From Carcharhinus longimanus (taxonomy: Eukaryota), in contig JASCQW010000132.1 of assembly GCA_030264375.1 (NCBI GenBank), positions 89,524,180-89,588,179 of the forward strand: a stretch of 64,000 nucleotides of DNA, given 5' to 3'. A model generated the notes under the pieces. That model had not been told where the DNA came from. It saw only the letters and a list, made by a program, of their open reading frames with translations, and did no database searches. This document shows, one piece after another, positions 34,050 to 46,495 of this stretch; the first letter of the stretch is position 1, and each line of letters starts with the position of its first letter. A program made the translations under genes and the position numbers.

Positions 34050-34560
34050 TTGAGCTGAATTTCCGTTCCAAGATCCCAGACCCTCACACCAGTCTGAAAT
34101 TTGGGTTGGGAACCCAGCATTTCTGGCAACAAGACTCCGGAAGAGATTTTTGAGGAGATGATGAGTTCGGAGGCTGCCTCCAGAAGCACCGTCCAGTACA
34201 TGGCACTGGACATCTATCAGGTTGGAGTGCCAATAGGCCCTCATAATAATGGGCACTGCCACAAGTGCCTTCCCCTCTGAATGGAGCCTCCAGCCTCTGA
34301 AGGATGTCTGGCCAGTTGCTAGGAGGCCACCATGGTTCCAGGAACAGCTTCCTGACACAGCACGTATGTCATACACTGGATTGAAAATCCGGTCAGTGTC
34401 AGGAGATTTTCTTGAGCTAAGCTCTTAACAGGCTACCTGCCACATTTGGACAGGGGCCTCGAAACAAGACCTGCTGCCTATGACGGAGAGATAGCAGGAC
34501 ACTTGGGGATGTGAAGTTGCAGCTTTAGCCACCTCCCATCTTGCTTCGCCAGCCAAACAA
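34050..34560. mobile_element. Degenerate Harbinger-type non-autonomous element(s)
   Basis: gagctgaatttcc start and ttgaaaatccggtc at about 34381-34394 resemble decayed gggcNgaatttt TIRs. Confidence 0.4.
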
Positions 34561-34569
34561 ATATTCTTT

Positions 34570-34624
34570 TTTTGATTAGATTTGTTATTGTACATGTATT
34601 GGAATACAGTGAAAATATTGTTTC
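34570..34624 (-). mobile_element. Rex1/Babar 3' terminus running into a gap
   Basis: tttgattagatttgttattgtacatgtattggaatacagtgaaaatattgtttc matches 36895-36955. Confidence 0.75.
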
Positions 34625-35557
34625 NNNNNNNNNNNNNNNNNNNNNNNNNNNNNNNNNNNNNNNNNNNNNNNNNNNNNNNNNNNNNNNNNNNNNNNNNNNN
34701 NNNNNNNNNNNNNNNNNNNNNNNNNNNNNNNNNNNNNNNNNNNNNNNNNNNNNNNNNNNNNNNNNNNNNNNNNNNNNNNNNNNNNNNNNNNNNNNNNNNN
34801 NNNNNNNNNNNNNNNNNNNNNNNNNNNNNNNNNNNNNNNNNNNNNNNNNNNNNNNNNNNNNNNNNNNNNNNNNNNNNNNNNNNNNNNNNNNNNNNNNNNN
34901 NNNNNNNNNNNNNNNNNNNNNNNNNNNNNNNNNNNNNNNNNNNNNNNNNNNNNNNNNNNNNNNNNNNNNNNNNNNNNNNNNNNNNNNNNNNNNNNNNNNN
35001 NNNNNNNNNNNNNNNNNNNNNNNNNNNNNNNNNNNNNNNNNNNNNNNNNNNNNNNNNNNNNNNNNNNNNNNNNNNNNNNNNNNNNNNNNNNNNNNNNNNN
35101 NNNNNNNNNNNNNNNNNNNNNNNNNNNNNNNNNNNNNNNNNNNNNNNNNNNNNNNNNNNNNNNNNNNNNNNNNNNNNNNNNNNNNNNNNNNNNNNNNNNN
35201 NNNNNNNNNNNNNNNNNNNNNNNNNNNNNNNNNNNNGAAATTTGGGTTTTAGACGGAACGGGCTAGATTTTGGATAGCTTGAATTGGGAAATTTCCCCGT
35301 TGGAGCTTACAGACACTGGAAACCATATTGGCGGTTATGGCGGCTGAACGAGTGCTGAAGAAGGCTGGTATGAAAGCCCACCTTGGTTCTCTGGGAGTTT
35401 GTCCCAGTTGTGTTGGAAGATTTTAGGCCTTTACTCCCCACATACTTTCATGCCCCCTGCCCCCCGCCTGGCCTTTATGTATATTTCATGCCAACACATG
35501 TCCCTCAACCACCCCCTTATCATCTGTTCTACTCATCACACTAACTCAATCCAACAC

Positions 35558-35871
35558 CATAGAATGATAAGACCCCTACAATGCAGAAAGAGATCATCAG
35601 GCCCATTGAGTCTGCACCGAGTCTCCAAAACAGCCCCCTGCTCTGCCCTGTTCACATAACCCTATGCATTTACCATGGCTAATCCATCTAATCTATACAC
35701 TTTTGGACAGTAACCACAATTCAGCGAATCAACCTAACTTGCACATTTTTGGACTGTGGAAGGAAACTGGAGCACCCAGAGGAAATCCATGCAGACACTG
35801 GGAGAATGTGCAAATTCCACACAATCACCAAAGGCCAGAATTGAACATAGGTCCAATGGCACTGTAAGGCA
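35558..35871 (-). mobile_element. HE1-type V-SINE, 5'-truncated with internal duplication
   Basis: ccctacaatgcagaaagagatcatcaggcccattgagtctgcacc...ggaaactggagcacccagaggaaatccatgcagacactgggagaatgtgcaa. Confidence 0.88.
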
Positions 35872-35909
35872 CATTTGACACCATAGACAGTTCCAATTAA
35901 CACACACTC

Positions 35910-36232
35910 ATGTGGAGCTGCCAGTGTTGGACTGGGGTGGACAAGCTGAGAGGTCACATGACACCAGGTTATTGTCCAACAAATTTATTTGAATTCACAA
36001 GTTTTTGGAGTGCTGCTCCTTCATCAGGTGAAGTGGAGCAAGGTGCGCAGGCATAGAATATATAGGCTGAGTGACGATAGCCCGACACTGACAGGTAATC
36101 GAGAGTATTGAAGGATAAGTACAGACAGTATACGTCTTGCTCGACTTCACCTGACGAAGAAGTAATGCTCTGAAAGTTTGTGATTTCAAATAAACCTGTC
36201 CGACTATAACCTGGTGTGGTGTGACCTCTCTT
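35910..36232. mobile_element. Family-A PLE fold-back insertion (two inverted pseudo-LTR arms)
   Basis: Minus arm with tail 35910-36035, plus arm 36143-36232; flanks acacacactcatgt (35900-35913) and acacacaaccatgt (36233-36246). Confidence 0.85.
36147..36183 (+). ncRNA. Minimal type-I hammerhead motif (family A), core intact, stems decayed
   Basis: UCAC-CUGACGA-A-GAAGUAAUGCUCU-GAA-AGUU-U-GUGA; the opposite-strand partner at 35995-36031 has GAAA changed to AAAA. Confidence 0.65.
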
Positions 36233-36369
36233 ACACACAACCATGTTTACTTTTAACAACCCAAAAGGGTGTCTTACCTCTCCCAAGGCACCATGTTTTT
36301 GGGCTACCCATCTGGTACCAAATCTTGGATGAGTTATAGCTTCTTTCAGTTGAGCACTGGGGACAATTA

Positions 36370-36650
36370 TTATTGTCACTGTTTTCCCACTCTTCCCATA
36401 AATGCTACCCGCTTCCAACTCAGCCTGTTCCCTTTCCTGGCAGGTTGGTTGATTCAGACCATGCAAAGTCTTGGCACCCTGCTCAACACAGAGCTGTCTT
36501 TTTCTAAAACTGTACATCTATATAAAAGACCATTTATTTTCAATTTCTGCAACACTGCTTGCTTTTGCACCTATTCCAAACTCTCAACTTCTCAAAGCCC
36601 CAGACATGCATTTGCCATCTTACAATTTGATTTTGCTTAATTCCGACTTG
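36370..36650 (+). mobile_element. L2 LINE ORF2 fragment
   Basis: ORF 36269-36640 LIQTMQSLGTLLNTELSF...FNFCNTACF...HAFAILQFDF is like L2 VRNLGVLFDPELSF...FHLRNIARL...HAFVTSRLDY. Confidence 0.7.
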
Positions 36651-36894
36651 TTTCTTAGCAGACATCAAAGACAGGCCACGGTTGCAATTATGCAATTACA
36701 TACATCATCAGCTGGGAGAATACTGGTAGCAACCTGTGCTAGAGGGATGGCGTTATCATTCACAGTTGAGGTCACCTTGTTCCTTAGATTTCCTCTGACC
36801 TTTTCTGCCAGGTGTACAATAATGTTGTGCTTTGACAAGGATTCCCTGGACTGCTAAAGCAAGTCACCTCACATCTAGCCTATGCGGCAGTACC

Positions 36895-37212
36895 TTGATT
36901 TGATTTGATTTATTATTATCATATGTATTGGTATACAGTGACATGTATTGTTTTGTGCATGCCATACAGACAGAGCGTATCGTTCATAGGGAAGGAAATG
37001 AGAGAATGCAAAATGTAATAATAGCTAGGGTGTAGAGAAAGATCAACTTAATGTGAGGCAGGTCCATTCAAAAGTCTGACGGCAGCAGAGAAGAAGCTGT
37101 TCTCGAGTCGGTTGGTATGTGACCTCAGACTTTTGTATCTTTTTCCCAACGGAAGGTAGTGGAAGAGAGAATGTCCGAGGTGCTGGGGTCCTTAATTATG
37201 CTGGCTGCTTTC
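36895..37212 (-). mobile_element. Rex1/Babar LINE 3' end
   Basis: Reverse complement aligns to 32645-32958; (ttgat)n terminus; KAASIIKDP motif at the far end. Confidence 0.88.
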
Positions 37213-37399
37213 ATTCATTCTCATTCACTAGTCATCAGACAGTGATTTTGAATGCCAAGTCACTCTAGGATTTACTTACAACTTCCTGCCTCTGCGCATA
37301 TCTTGACGGGCACCGTAGGTTTTGCTGACACTTTTTGTAGCCCAAACACGGAAGAAATATTTTCTTGCCTCCTATTTGGTATTTCCGGCAGAGATAGAA

Positions 37400-37535
37400 A
37401 GGTTTTTGACTGATAAGAGGATCGAAGATTGCGGGGAACATGGAGAATGGGGTTGAGAAACACATCAATCATGTTCGAATGGTGCAGCAAACTTGATGGT
37501 CTGAATGGCCTAATTCTTACGGTCTTCTGACTCTT
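37400..37535 (+). mobile_element. CR1 3' tail
   Basis: aggtttttgactgataagaggatcgaagattgcgggg...atggtctgaatggcctaattctt. Confidence 0.75.
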
Positions 37536-37696
37536 TACCTTTAAATTCACAACCTTCTAATTTTACCTTTGGCCATTTAAGGTTGCTGGTGAACACACCA
37601 TGCTGCCCTGCACCTTTGTCAAGCCCCTGGCACAAGGTCCAACATGGGCTTGGAGCTCCATATGGATAGATAATAAAAGAAGGTCTCAGACTTATT

Positions 37697-38020
37697 GTGG
37701 CACTGTGGTTAGCACTGTTGTTTCACAGTGCCAGGGACCCGTGTTCAATTCTGACTTCGGGTCACTGTCCGTGTGGAGTTTGCACATTCTCCCCATGTCT
37801 GGGTGGGTTTTCTCCAGGTGCTTCAGTTCCCTCCCACAGTCCAAAGATGCGCAGATTAGGTTGATTGGCCATGCTAAATTGCCTTTTAATGTCAGGGGAT
37901 TAGAAGGGTAAATATGTGGGTTACAAGGATAGGGCGTCGGTGGGATTGTGGTCAGTGCAGACTTGATGGGCCGAATGGTGGCCTCCTGCATTGTAGGGAT
38001 TCTATTTTATGATTCTATGA
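37697..38020 (+). mobile_element. HE1-type V-SINE
   Basis: gtggcactgtggttagcactgttgtttcacagtgccagggacccgtgttcaattc...gattctatga. Confidence 0.93.
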
Positions 38021-39874
38021 CAGCAGCCCTGCTGGAATCTGAGAAGAATTTGTCCACTAGTATCTTTGACCCTGCATTACAGTTTAGTGCAACTGAGTTC
38101 TGAATTCATCACAATTGGCAAATATGCAATAAAACATGTTAAAATGCCTGGGACAGGCATGAACCTGAAGTAACACTCTCCAGTAAATTAGCCTGATTCT
38201 ATATTTCCTGCAGTACCATAGTGTCAATGTTACGTTAGCGAATCGTTCTATTTTGCATGCAGAAATGTTCAGAGGGAAAAGAAGTGATCCGTGAAGAAAA
38301 TTACTCAGGGATCCTTTGCAGCTTTGTCTGTGTTCGACAGTTTATAATATGAAATAATAAAATGACCCAATGTGATTTTATTATTCCTTTGAGCGGCTGA
38401 TCATCCTTGCGGCTGAAGTAAATAGACATTTAGATATCAAGATGGTTGCACTGTGGAAAGTGAAGTCTTGTCCTGAAGCACAAACATTGCCTTTTTGGAA
38501 AAAAGTCCTGGCCCACCAAATAACGCCAGTGAGTCTAACTCTCAAGTGCTGCCGGTGAGGGGAATGAATTATGTTGACTTGGCACATGACTGTTTTATTT
38601 TCTCATTAAAGCATTGCTTCTTCAACATGCAATCGATGTGTTTACATAACTGCTGATTTTCTAGTGTGGCATTGAAAGAGTATTATATATAAATGTTTTC
38701 AAAAAAAAAGAAACATTATCTTTTGAATAGAAATCCATAGACGTTGGATAACGCAGCCACATTATTGTCACTTAGTTTTCCTCATCTATTTCAACTCTTC
38801 CAAATACTCCTAGTAGATTCCACATATGTTGTATGTTACAAATAAAAAGAAATAAAATAACATAATAGCAGATGATACTAATTTAACCACAGATGAGTTG
38901 GTTTAATAGTTAACTATAAAATGCTCAACAAATTCCTTTGAAAGTCAGAGAAGATATGTTAATAAGCAGACACTTTCTTCATATCTTCAGTCTTGCAAAA
39001 TGAAGGTTTGCACCATGGTCTTCAATGCATGTGGTGAACATGGTTAAACTGAGATGTTTACCCATCTCTGATGTGAAATAACTGCCTGGGTAGCATGTTG
39101 TTTTGTATGGCGTGCGAAAGCAAAGGTTTCTGAGGTTTATCAGTTCCTAGAAAGTTTCAAGAAACCAGGTTAAATGAAGTGTTTCATATTGGCTTGGCAA
39201 TAGGTGTTTTTACATTGATATACATATATCTGCGGCCAAAGAACTGAGAGAAATCTATATAATTCCAAACTTTCCAGGCATTACTCTCAACCGGTTGAGT
39301 GGTTTAATGAAAATAGACTTTAGACATCACCAAATAAAGAGCAGTAACAACTTATCGAAGGGGAGAAAATGTAAATTGTGCCAGTAGCAAAATCACTAAG
39401 AAGCAATGGGCTTTTCACTGGTATAAGCTTATATCTAAGTGTGACTGATATCCCTCTCAATGTCACAGTGGTTGTAGTTCTACTAGGCAAAGGTCCAGTG
39501 CCTACATAAAATATTAATCTGAAGTCTGATGAACCAGAAAAGCAAATTACAGCATTGAATCTTTTTCTTTTGCTGCCTTGCAATATGTGTGGGAGAAATT
39601 GAGTATTAAAATGGTTTGAATCATATATTTATCTCAGAACCTGAACAGTTTTGTAAATTAGTGGATCATAATGCCCATCATTATGTAAATCCAGATTTGG
39701 GGAACATACTATTTTGATTAACCGAGAAATGAAATTCAGCCGTGATTAGGGAAAGACAGCCTCAACTGAGCGAAATCATTCTTCAGTTAGGGTGACTACC
39801 ATTTAACAATTTGCTTTCTGTATTATTTCAATGATAGGAAATCACGCTGTTTGCAAGAGACTTCCAGTTTACCC

Positions 39875-40148
39875 AAGTTTAAGTTTATTTATTAGAATCA
39901 TAAGTTGGCTTACATTAACACTGCAATTAAGTTACTGTGAAAATGCCCTAGTTGTCACAATCTGGTGCCTGTTTGGATACCCTGAGGGAGAATTTAGCGT
40001 GGCCAACGCATCTGACCAGCATGTCTTTCATGGGAAGAAACCGGAGCACGTGGAGGAAACCCACAAAGATATGGGGAGAACGCCACACAGGCAGTGACCC
40101 TAGCGCTGTGAGGCAGCCGTGCCAACCACTGCGCCACTGTATTGCCCC
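39875..40148 (-). mobile_element. Alternative-tail V-SINE
   Basis: aagtttaagtttatttattag...ggcttacattaacactgcaattaagttactgtgaaaatgccctagttgtcaca. Confidence 0.9.
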
Positions 40149-40184
40149 CTACATTGCCCTTTTTGTATAAAAATATGAAATGCT

Positions 40185-40400
40185 TCATGAATTGAAGATT
40201 GGAAGGGTTCTGACATAGGTAGTACAGATAAATTGTTTACTGTGGAACATTTAGAACCAAGAACTTCTTAATCTAATGGGTAATAAATTCAAGCATTGCT
40301 GGATCATTGAAACTAAAGTATAATTTGGTTCAAGAGATTATTTGGATACATTTCTGAAGGAAGAAGGCATATTGATGGAATTCAGATATATCCAAAAAGG
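40185..40400 (+). mobile_element. Very degenerate CR1 3' fragment
   Basis: gaagattggaagggttctgacataggtagtacagataaattgttt...atttggatacatttctgaagg. Confidence 0.4.
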
Positions 40401-41189
40401 GATGAGTCAAATCAACACCATTTACTGTTCCCGAAAAAAATTACATTCTCCATTGTTGCTTGTTCCAGGCCACTGAAAATTGCTTAATAATACAGTGCCT
40501 GTAAACCACGGGAATAATGGTCGTAACAATGATGAAATAAGAATCATTGAATCAATTTGAACTGTACGATGGAATTGTGGGTGTCAAACCAATTGTGGGA
40601 CAAACAGCGCCTATGGCCCAATCACTTAGATTGACTTGTCCAATCTGTTTTCTGTTACTGAAATGATTGATTCATTTGGAGTGTGGCTTATTTGTCCATC
40701 TTGTAGCATTTTGCATTGAAATTCTGGAAATAAAGCATTGATAGCAGTATTATAAGTGGCAAAGTATTTTAGATTATTAAAAAGCACAAGGGAAGTAAGA
40801 AACGAGAATTAAATCAAAGAGAAGGTTGTTTCATAAAACAAATTACTTTAATTGCTTTTGCAGTAACATCATGAAGAACACAAAGAAGAATACCTTAGAA
40901 CTCAAAAGGGACAATGTTCTAAAAGCTATATAGAATAATTTACATGTCATTGTTCCTCATGGTATATTATATTTCTTCAAAAGTTAATTTTAACCACAAT
41001 TGAATGCCGATAAATGTTTAAATGCTTTTCCCAAGAAACTTGCTGCTTGAATCAGGATCAGACAGGATTGGAATCTTTATAAACATCAGACAACAAATAG
41101 AATTGGTACATTTTTATTCTGTGGCTGTTTCAGTTATTTGTACAAGAATTTAATTGTTAAAAAAAGCTGAAAGTAATTAAGACAAACAT

Positions 41190-41350
41190 AATACAAAAGC
41201 AAACCGTGCTGCAAATCTGAAGTGAAAGGAGAAACTGCTGGGAATATTCAAAAGGTCACGCAAATTCCATGCAGTGAAAAACAACTTAAATGACCTGGAT
41301 CTTATGCAGAGCGACAAATATTTCCACGCCTTGTAGATGCTCTGAATTTT
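41190..41350 (-). mobile_element. Degenerate family-B PLE-like fragment
   Basis: aaaagcaaaccgtgctgcaaatctgaagtgaaaggagaaactgctgggaatattca. Confidence 0.5.
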
Positions 41351-41559
41351 TTGGCCGGTCCTATAAGGACAGTTTCTCCTGAAAGATAGAAAGCAGCATC
41401 CTTCCAAAAACTTGATCGCAGTGCTGTAGTGTCAGGGCAAAGTCAAGACATGCTTTCTTTGTATAACACGAGTTGACATATGGTAAGTTTAAACATCCAG
41501 TCTGAATGTTAGTGATTGGATGAGTGAAAGGTTAGGATGGCAGATCAGGTAGGTGGGTG

Positions 41560-42920
41560 AGCTAAGTGAGTACAGAAGACAAAAATGGAGCATGTACAAC
41601 CATCTTCAGCTAGAGGTACCAAGTGGATGATCCATCTCAGCCTCCTCCTATGGTCCCCATAGATGCCAATTGTCAGCCAACTCAATTCACTCCATGTGAT
41701 ATTCAGAAGTGACTGAAGATACTGGGTACAGCAGACAGGGTGGGCCCTGCTAACATATTCCAGTTGTAGCACTGTGGATTTGAGCTCCAGAACTAGCTGT
41801 GCTGGTACAGCTATAACACTGTTATCTCCTTGACAACATGGAAAATTGCCCAGGTATGTCCTGTCTACAAATCTCCAAACAAATCCAATTTAGCCAGTTA
41901 TTGCCCCTCAGTCTGCTCTTGATCGTTAGCAAAGTCATGCCAGATATTTTGGACAACACTATCAAGTGGTACTTACACAGCAATAACCTGCTCATTGATG
42001 CAGTTTCAGTCCCTCCAGAGTGTATGTTGGAGGTTAGTGATCTCAATCCCAGGAGATCACTGTAGGAGTTCCTCAGGATGTCCTAGACCCAACCATCATC
42101 AGATGCTTCATCAATGACTTTCCTTCCATCATAAAGTCAGAAGTTGGGATGTTTGTGAAGTATTTAGTACCCTCAAAACTGAAGGAGCCATGTCCATATC
42201 CAACATGACCTGAACAATATTCAGACTTAGGCTGATGAGGGAAAAGTAATACTCATGCCGTATAAATGATATGCAATAATTATCTCCAGCAAAAGCAAAT
42301 CTAACCATCTCCTCATGACATTCAACAGCATTCCCATCTCTGAATCCCTACCATCAACATCCTGGGATTACTGTTATTCAGACACTTAACTGGACTAGCC
42401 TTATAAATACTGTGGCTACAAGGGCAGGTCAGAGACAGGGAACTCAACTCCTGACTCATCACTGACAAAGCACAAGTCAAGTGTGTGGTGACATACTCTC
42501 CACTTGCATGCATGAATGAAGTTTCAGGTCAAAACAGCCCCTTGTTTGACATGCCATCCATTATCTTAAATATTCATTCCCTCCACTAATGGGCACAGTT
42601 ACAGCAGTTTGTCCTATATGTAATATGCACTGTAGGAACTTGCCAATACTACTTTAACAGCAAACTTGCAATCTCTTTTACTTAGAAAGATGAGGACATA
42701 CGACACATGGGAACATCACCGTCACCTGCCTCATTCCCCTCCAAGACAAGCACCTCACTATTCTTTCACTGTCATTGTATAACATGCATGGAATTCACTT
42801 CTGATCAGCACTGATGATCTGCATCAGTTCAAGAAGGCCGGCTCCTCAAGAGCAATTAGTGCTGGCAACAAATGATGGTCTGGCCAACAACGTTTACATC
42901 CTGTTGAAGAATCAAAAATA
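41560..42920 (+). mobile_element. CR1-clade LINE, RT region to 3' end, with internal deletions
   Basis: WKIAQVCPV..., PLSLLLIVSKVM...IKWYLHSNNLLIDA, GVPQ, FINDFPSIIKSEVGMF; tail gcaattagtgctggcaacaaatgatggtctggccaacaacgtttacatcc. Confidence 0.88.
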
Positions 42921-44966
42921 CCCTCAATTTTCAGAGCCTGCTCACAGAGTGAAGCTGAATTTGAGAAATACCATCTTCTGTGATTAATTTATGTCTGAAT
43001 CACAGAACATGACATAACTGATCAAAGGTAAATACTTCACACACCTTTTTGATACGGAAGGATTTATATTTGTAGCAAATGGACATTTATTTTTGGATTA
43101 TCAGTGTATTTACAACTTTGTGCTACATCATCAATCTTACTTTTAACTTTATGTAGTGATCTGAGGAAGAGAAACCACATCGGAAAGCAGTTAGAAAGGT
43201 TGTTTGAAAATAAATGATTGTATTGTATTGTAGGTAGTAGTTGTTGTTCCCTGTTTGGTGGCTTTGAAATTGATTAACAATTTGATTGTATTTGTGTAGG
43301 CTGGTGTTTTCTGATTGGTTACTTTTATTATCTTCCCACCCTCATGATTTGCAGCTACTCCTACCTGTTTATATTTTGCAAGTCAGCATAATAGATGGAA
43401 TGAATATGAGTTATTTCAGTCAATCAGGTTTTTCCTTGTGTGGCACTTTGCTCTGTGCTGTTCATATTCTCCTTGGAGAAGTNNNNNNNNNNGAAGTACT
43501 GAATGCAAAATATTTTAATTTTACAAGGTGAACAGTCTAAATCTGACAGGATCATGTTAGTTGGAATCACAAGTCACTTTGTATTATCAATTTTTAAAGT
43601 ACTGTTTCATCTTGGGCCAAATGGCCGCCTTCATCTCTTTTATCTTGTGATCTTTTCCATTTGGTACAGTAGGTCACAATGTTGATAAGATTACACATGC
43701 CTTTTGAACTCCATTTCATCCTATGCAGCCAATGTCACCTCATCTTTCTTTTGATGTCTTGCTTCTATCTGTCTCTTTTGCTTTCTGTACATTTTAATTG
43801 ATTGTATGGTGAAGCGATGTAACGTTAAACTGTCAAAAAGACTGTTTGGTTTGCATGGTGTGGAGTCATTGACATGTAAAGGCCCTGGTTTGTGTAAGAA
43901 TCGGTATGTAAATTGTTTGAAAGCTTCCATTAGGCTGATTGCAGGTTAAGGAAACCCATCTGTCAGCATCTGCAGTGAATCGAAACTGTTGCCCCTGACG
44001 TGTCAACCTGTCCTTGCAGGAAGAGAATGCTGGTTGATCGTTGTACTGTGCCCGCGCCAGCTTCCAGCCAAATACATAGGACGCACAGCAACCGTGTCAA
44101 TCATGTTAATTTCTCTGAAATCCTGACACACGGGTCATGGAGGGGATGAGCCTGAAAATAAAACATTCCTTTGCTTGCCAGTGGTCAGTTTTTAAAAGTG
44201 ATATCATGACTCCCCTTTAGCAGGCGCAATGTCTTAACCCATTGCTTTCAGCAGTATAGATTTTCCCCCTTACTTGGTCAGCATTTTAGGGGATATTTAA
44301 TCTGGACTATGTATTTTCATGTGACGTTAAGCTACAGCAATCTTTTTGTTATCATCAGTAATCTTTGCCTGAACAAAATAGATAATCCCAACCTATTGAA
44401 TATCTGTAAAGTTGCTGGAGCATGAGCTAAGGAGCTCAGTCTGTGCAAATACTTCAGGTGACAGTGGAACAGTATTGAATGGTCAGCTGCATCCTGTGCA
44501 AATTATTTTAAATCCACCTTTAGTGATGTTTAAACAAAACATTTCAAAAAGGCTCGAGTGTTTTAAACTGCGTATATTACAAATCCTGAATCTTCGGAGG
44601 GATTTGAATTACAGACCAGATTCAACAAACGATTGAGACATTACTGAGTGTATGGTGTTACACGAACACATTGGAGTAACTAGGCATTTTAGACATAATA
44701 GATTGATATCATGCAAACAAAAGATGATCAGAAATTTAGAAAGCATTTTATCATGAGGAGGGTCATACTATTTTTTACAGTCAGTAAAGTAGTTTGAAGT
44801 TAATAATGTCTGTAACATTGACTTGATGCCAGGGTGAGAATAATCCAATGGCCATGAACTGTTGCCCCTTCAGAAATCCAGTTACTAAAATAAATCAAAG
44901 AAATACCAAACCCAACAAGCTGCATGTGTACCGTTTAAAAAGTTAAATATACCATTAACTAGAATC

Positions 44967-45225
44967 CACAGTGACACAGTGGTGAGCACTGCTGCCTCAC
45001 AGTGCCAGGGACCCAGTTCAAATCCCGTCTTGGGTCACTGTCTGTGTGGAGTCTGGATTTCTTCCGGGTGCTTCAGTTTTCCCCAACAGTCTGAAAGACA
45101 TGCTGGTTAGGTGCATTGGCCAAGCTAAATTCTCTCTGTGCACCCGAACAGACGCCAGAATGTGGCGACTGGGGGATTTTCACAGTAACTTCATTTCAGT
45201 GCGAATAAATAAACTTAAAAACTTA
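44967..45225 (+). mobile_element. Alternative-tail V-SINE
   Basis: cagtggtgagcactgctgcctcacagtgccaggg...cccgaacagacgccagaatgtggcgactgggggattttcacagtaacttcatt...aataaataaacttaaaaactta. Confidence 0.92.
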
Positions 45226-45961
45226 ATATTTCAGCTTACTGTTCCACTTATTGTATTGGTGCAATTGTGCCAATAACATATTTCAACAATGGCTCATGCA
45301 TGTCATGTTAGTCCATCTATCTTTCATCTTCAGAACAGCCCTCCAGCTGGACATTGTCAGAGTTAATGGAAAAAATTGTCTGAATTTCATAATTTTGAAT
45401 TAATAACTGGCATCTTTTCAATCTCCAGCACATATTGGAATGGGAATGAGGTTAGAGATGGGAGAAGGGCAAAGAAACTATCTCAGCAGGGAAAGACAAC
45501 CTGGATTTAGGTACTCTTCAGAGTGGCAAAACTTTCCTTCAGTTCACCTCATTGTCAACATTTTCAGTGATGGAGGGAGTCTTTGCAGTGAATTATTCTC
45601 TACTGCTCTTTCCCACTCCACACTATCCCTCCCCAGCTCCCCCTCCCCACCACCAGCAACAAAATGAAGGGCTTGTTGAGCGGTAAGAGTTTCTTCCCCA
45701 ACCATTTCTGAGCGAATGGTGATGAGCATAGCCAAGTAGTTGGTTCAGTGGGAAAGCCAAGGAATTAATCAGAAGCAGGGACCGTAGGTCACCCAGTTCA
45801 CTTTCAACTTGTTCAGCTCTTGAGGCAGGGGTGACCTGACATTCTATGAAGGCAGAGTTGCAGGAGCTATTTTTAATCACATTCAACTCGATCTCCCAGC
45901 ATTGGAAAGCTCAGCCACTTCAAGAAAGCATGAGGTAAATGCCTTTGCAGCCCTTGTGGGC

Positions 45962-46495
45962 TAATTCTTGGGATGTGAGGGTTGTCCTAACAAGCGAGAC
46001 TAAATACTCTGGGTTTGAATTCCTTGGAGTTTAGAAGAATGAGGAGTGTCCTTGTTCCAACTTACAAGATCCTGAAAAGGTTTGACAGAACATTGAAAAA
46101 CCTAGAATATGTTTTCTATATAGAACATAGAAAAACTACAGCACAAACAGGCCCTTTGGCCCATAAGTATGATGAGATGTTTTCACTAGTGGGGAAACCT
46201 CAGGGACATAGCTCCAAGATAAAGGGCCGGTCATTTAAAACTGAGGTGCATAAAAATTTCTTCTCACAGAGGTTGGTAAACCTTTGGATTCTCTGCCCCA
46301 AAGGGCAGAGGCTGGATCATTAGAAGTACTTAAAGTGGAGTTGGATAAACATTTAATAGAGAAAGAAATAGAGGGCTATGGGAAAATGGCACAGAAAATG
46401 AGGCTGGCATAGATTAGTTATGATCTTATTGAATGGCGGGATAGGCTTGAAGGGCCTGGTGACCTACTCCTGCTTCTATTTCTTCTGTTCCTGTA
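45962..46495 (+). mobile_element. CR1 LINE 3' end with a short antisense CR1 tail nested at about 46118-46167
   Basis: ORF 46015-46323 SLEFRRMRSVLVPTYKILKRFDR...GHSSKIKGRSFKTEVHKNFFSQRLVNLW. Confidence 0.9.

Noticed and set aside
34572-35277. Longest ORFs (226 and 231 aa) and other X-containing ORFs
   Set aside because: They stay open only because they run through N gaps.
39526-39545. CTGATGA-acca-GAAA
   Set aside because: No stem II, stem I or palindromic stem III; chance match rather than a hammerhead.
43231-43250. taggtagtagttgttgttcc resembling miR-196/let-7 5' ends (also tgaggtagtttgt at 8951)
   Set aside because: Only the seed region matches and no pre-miRNA hairpin is evident.
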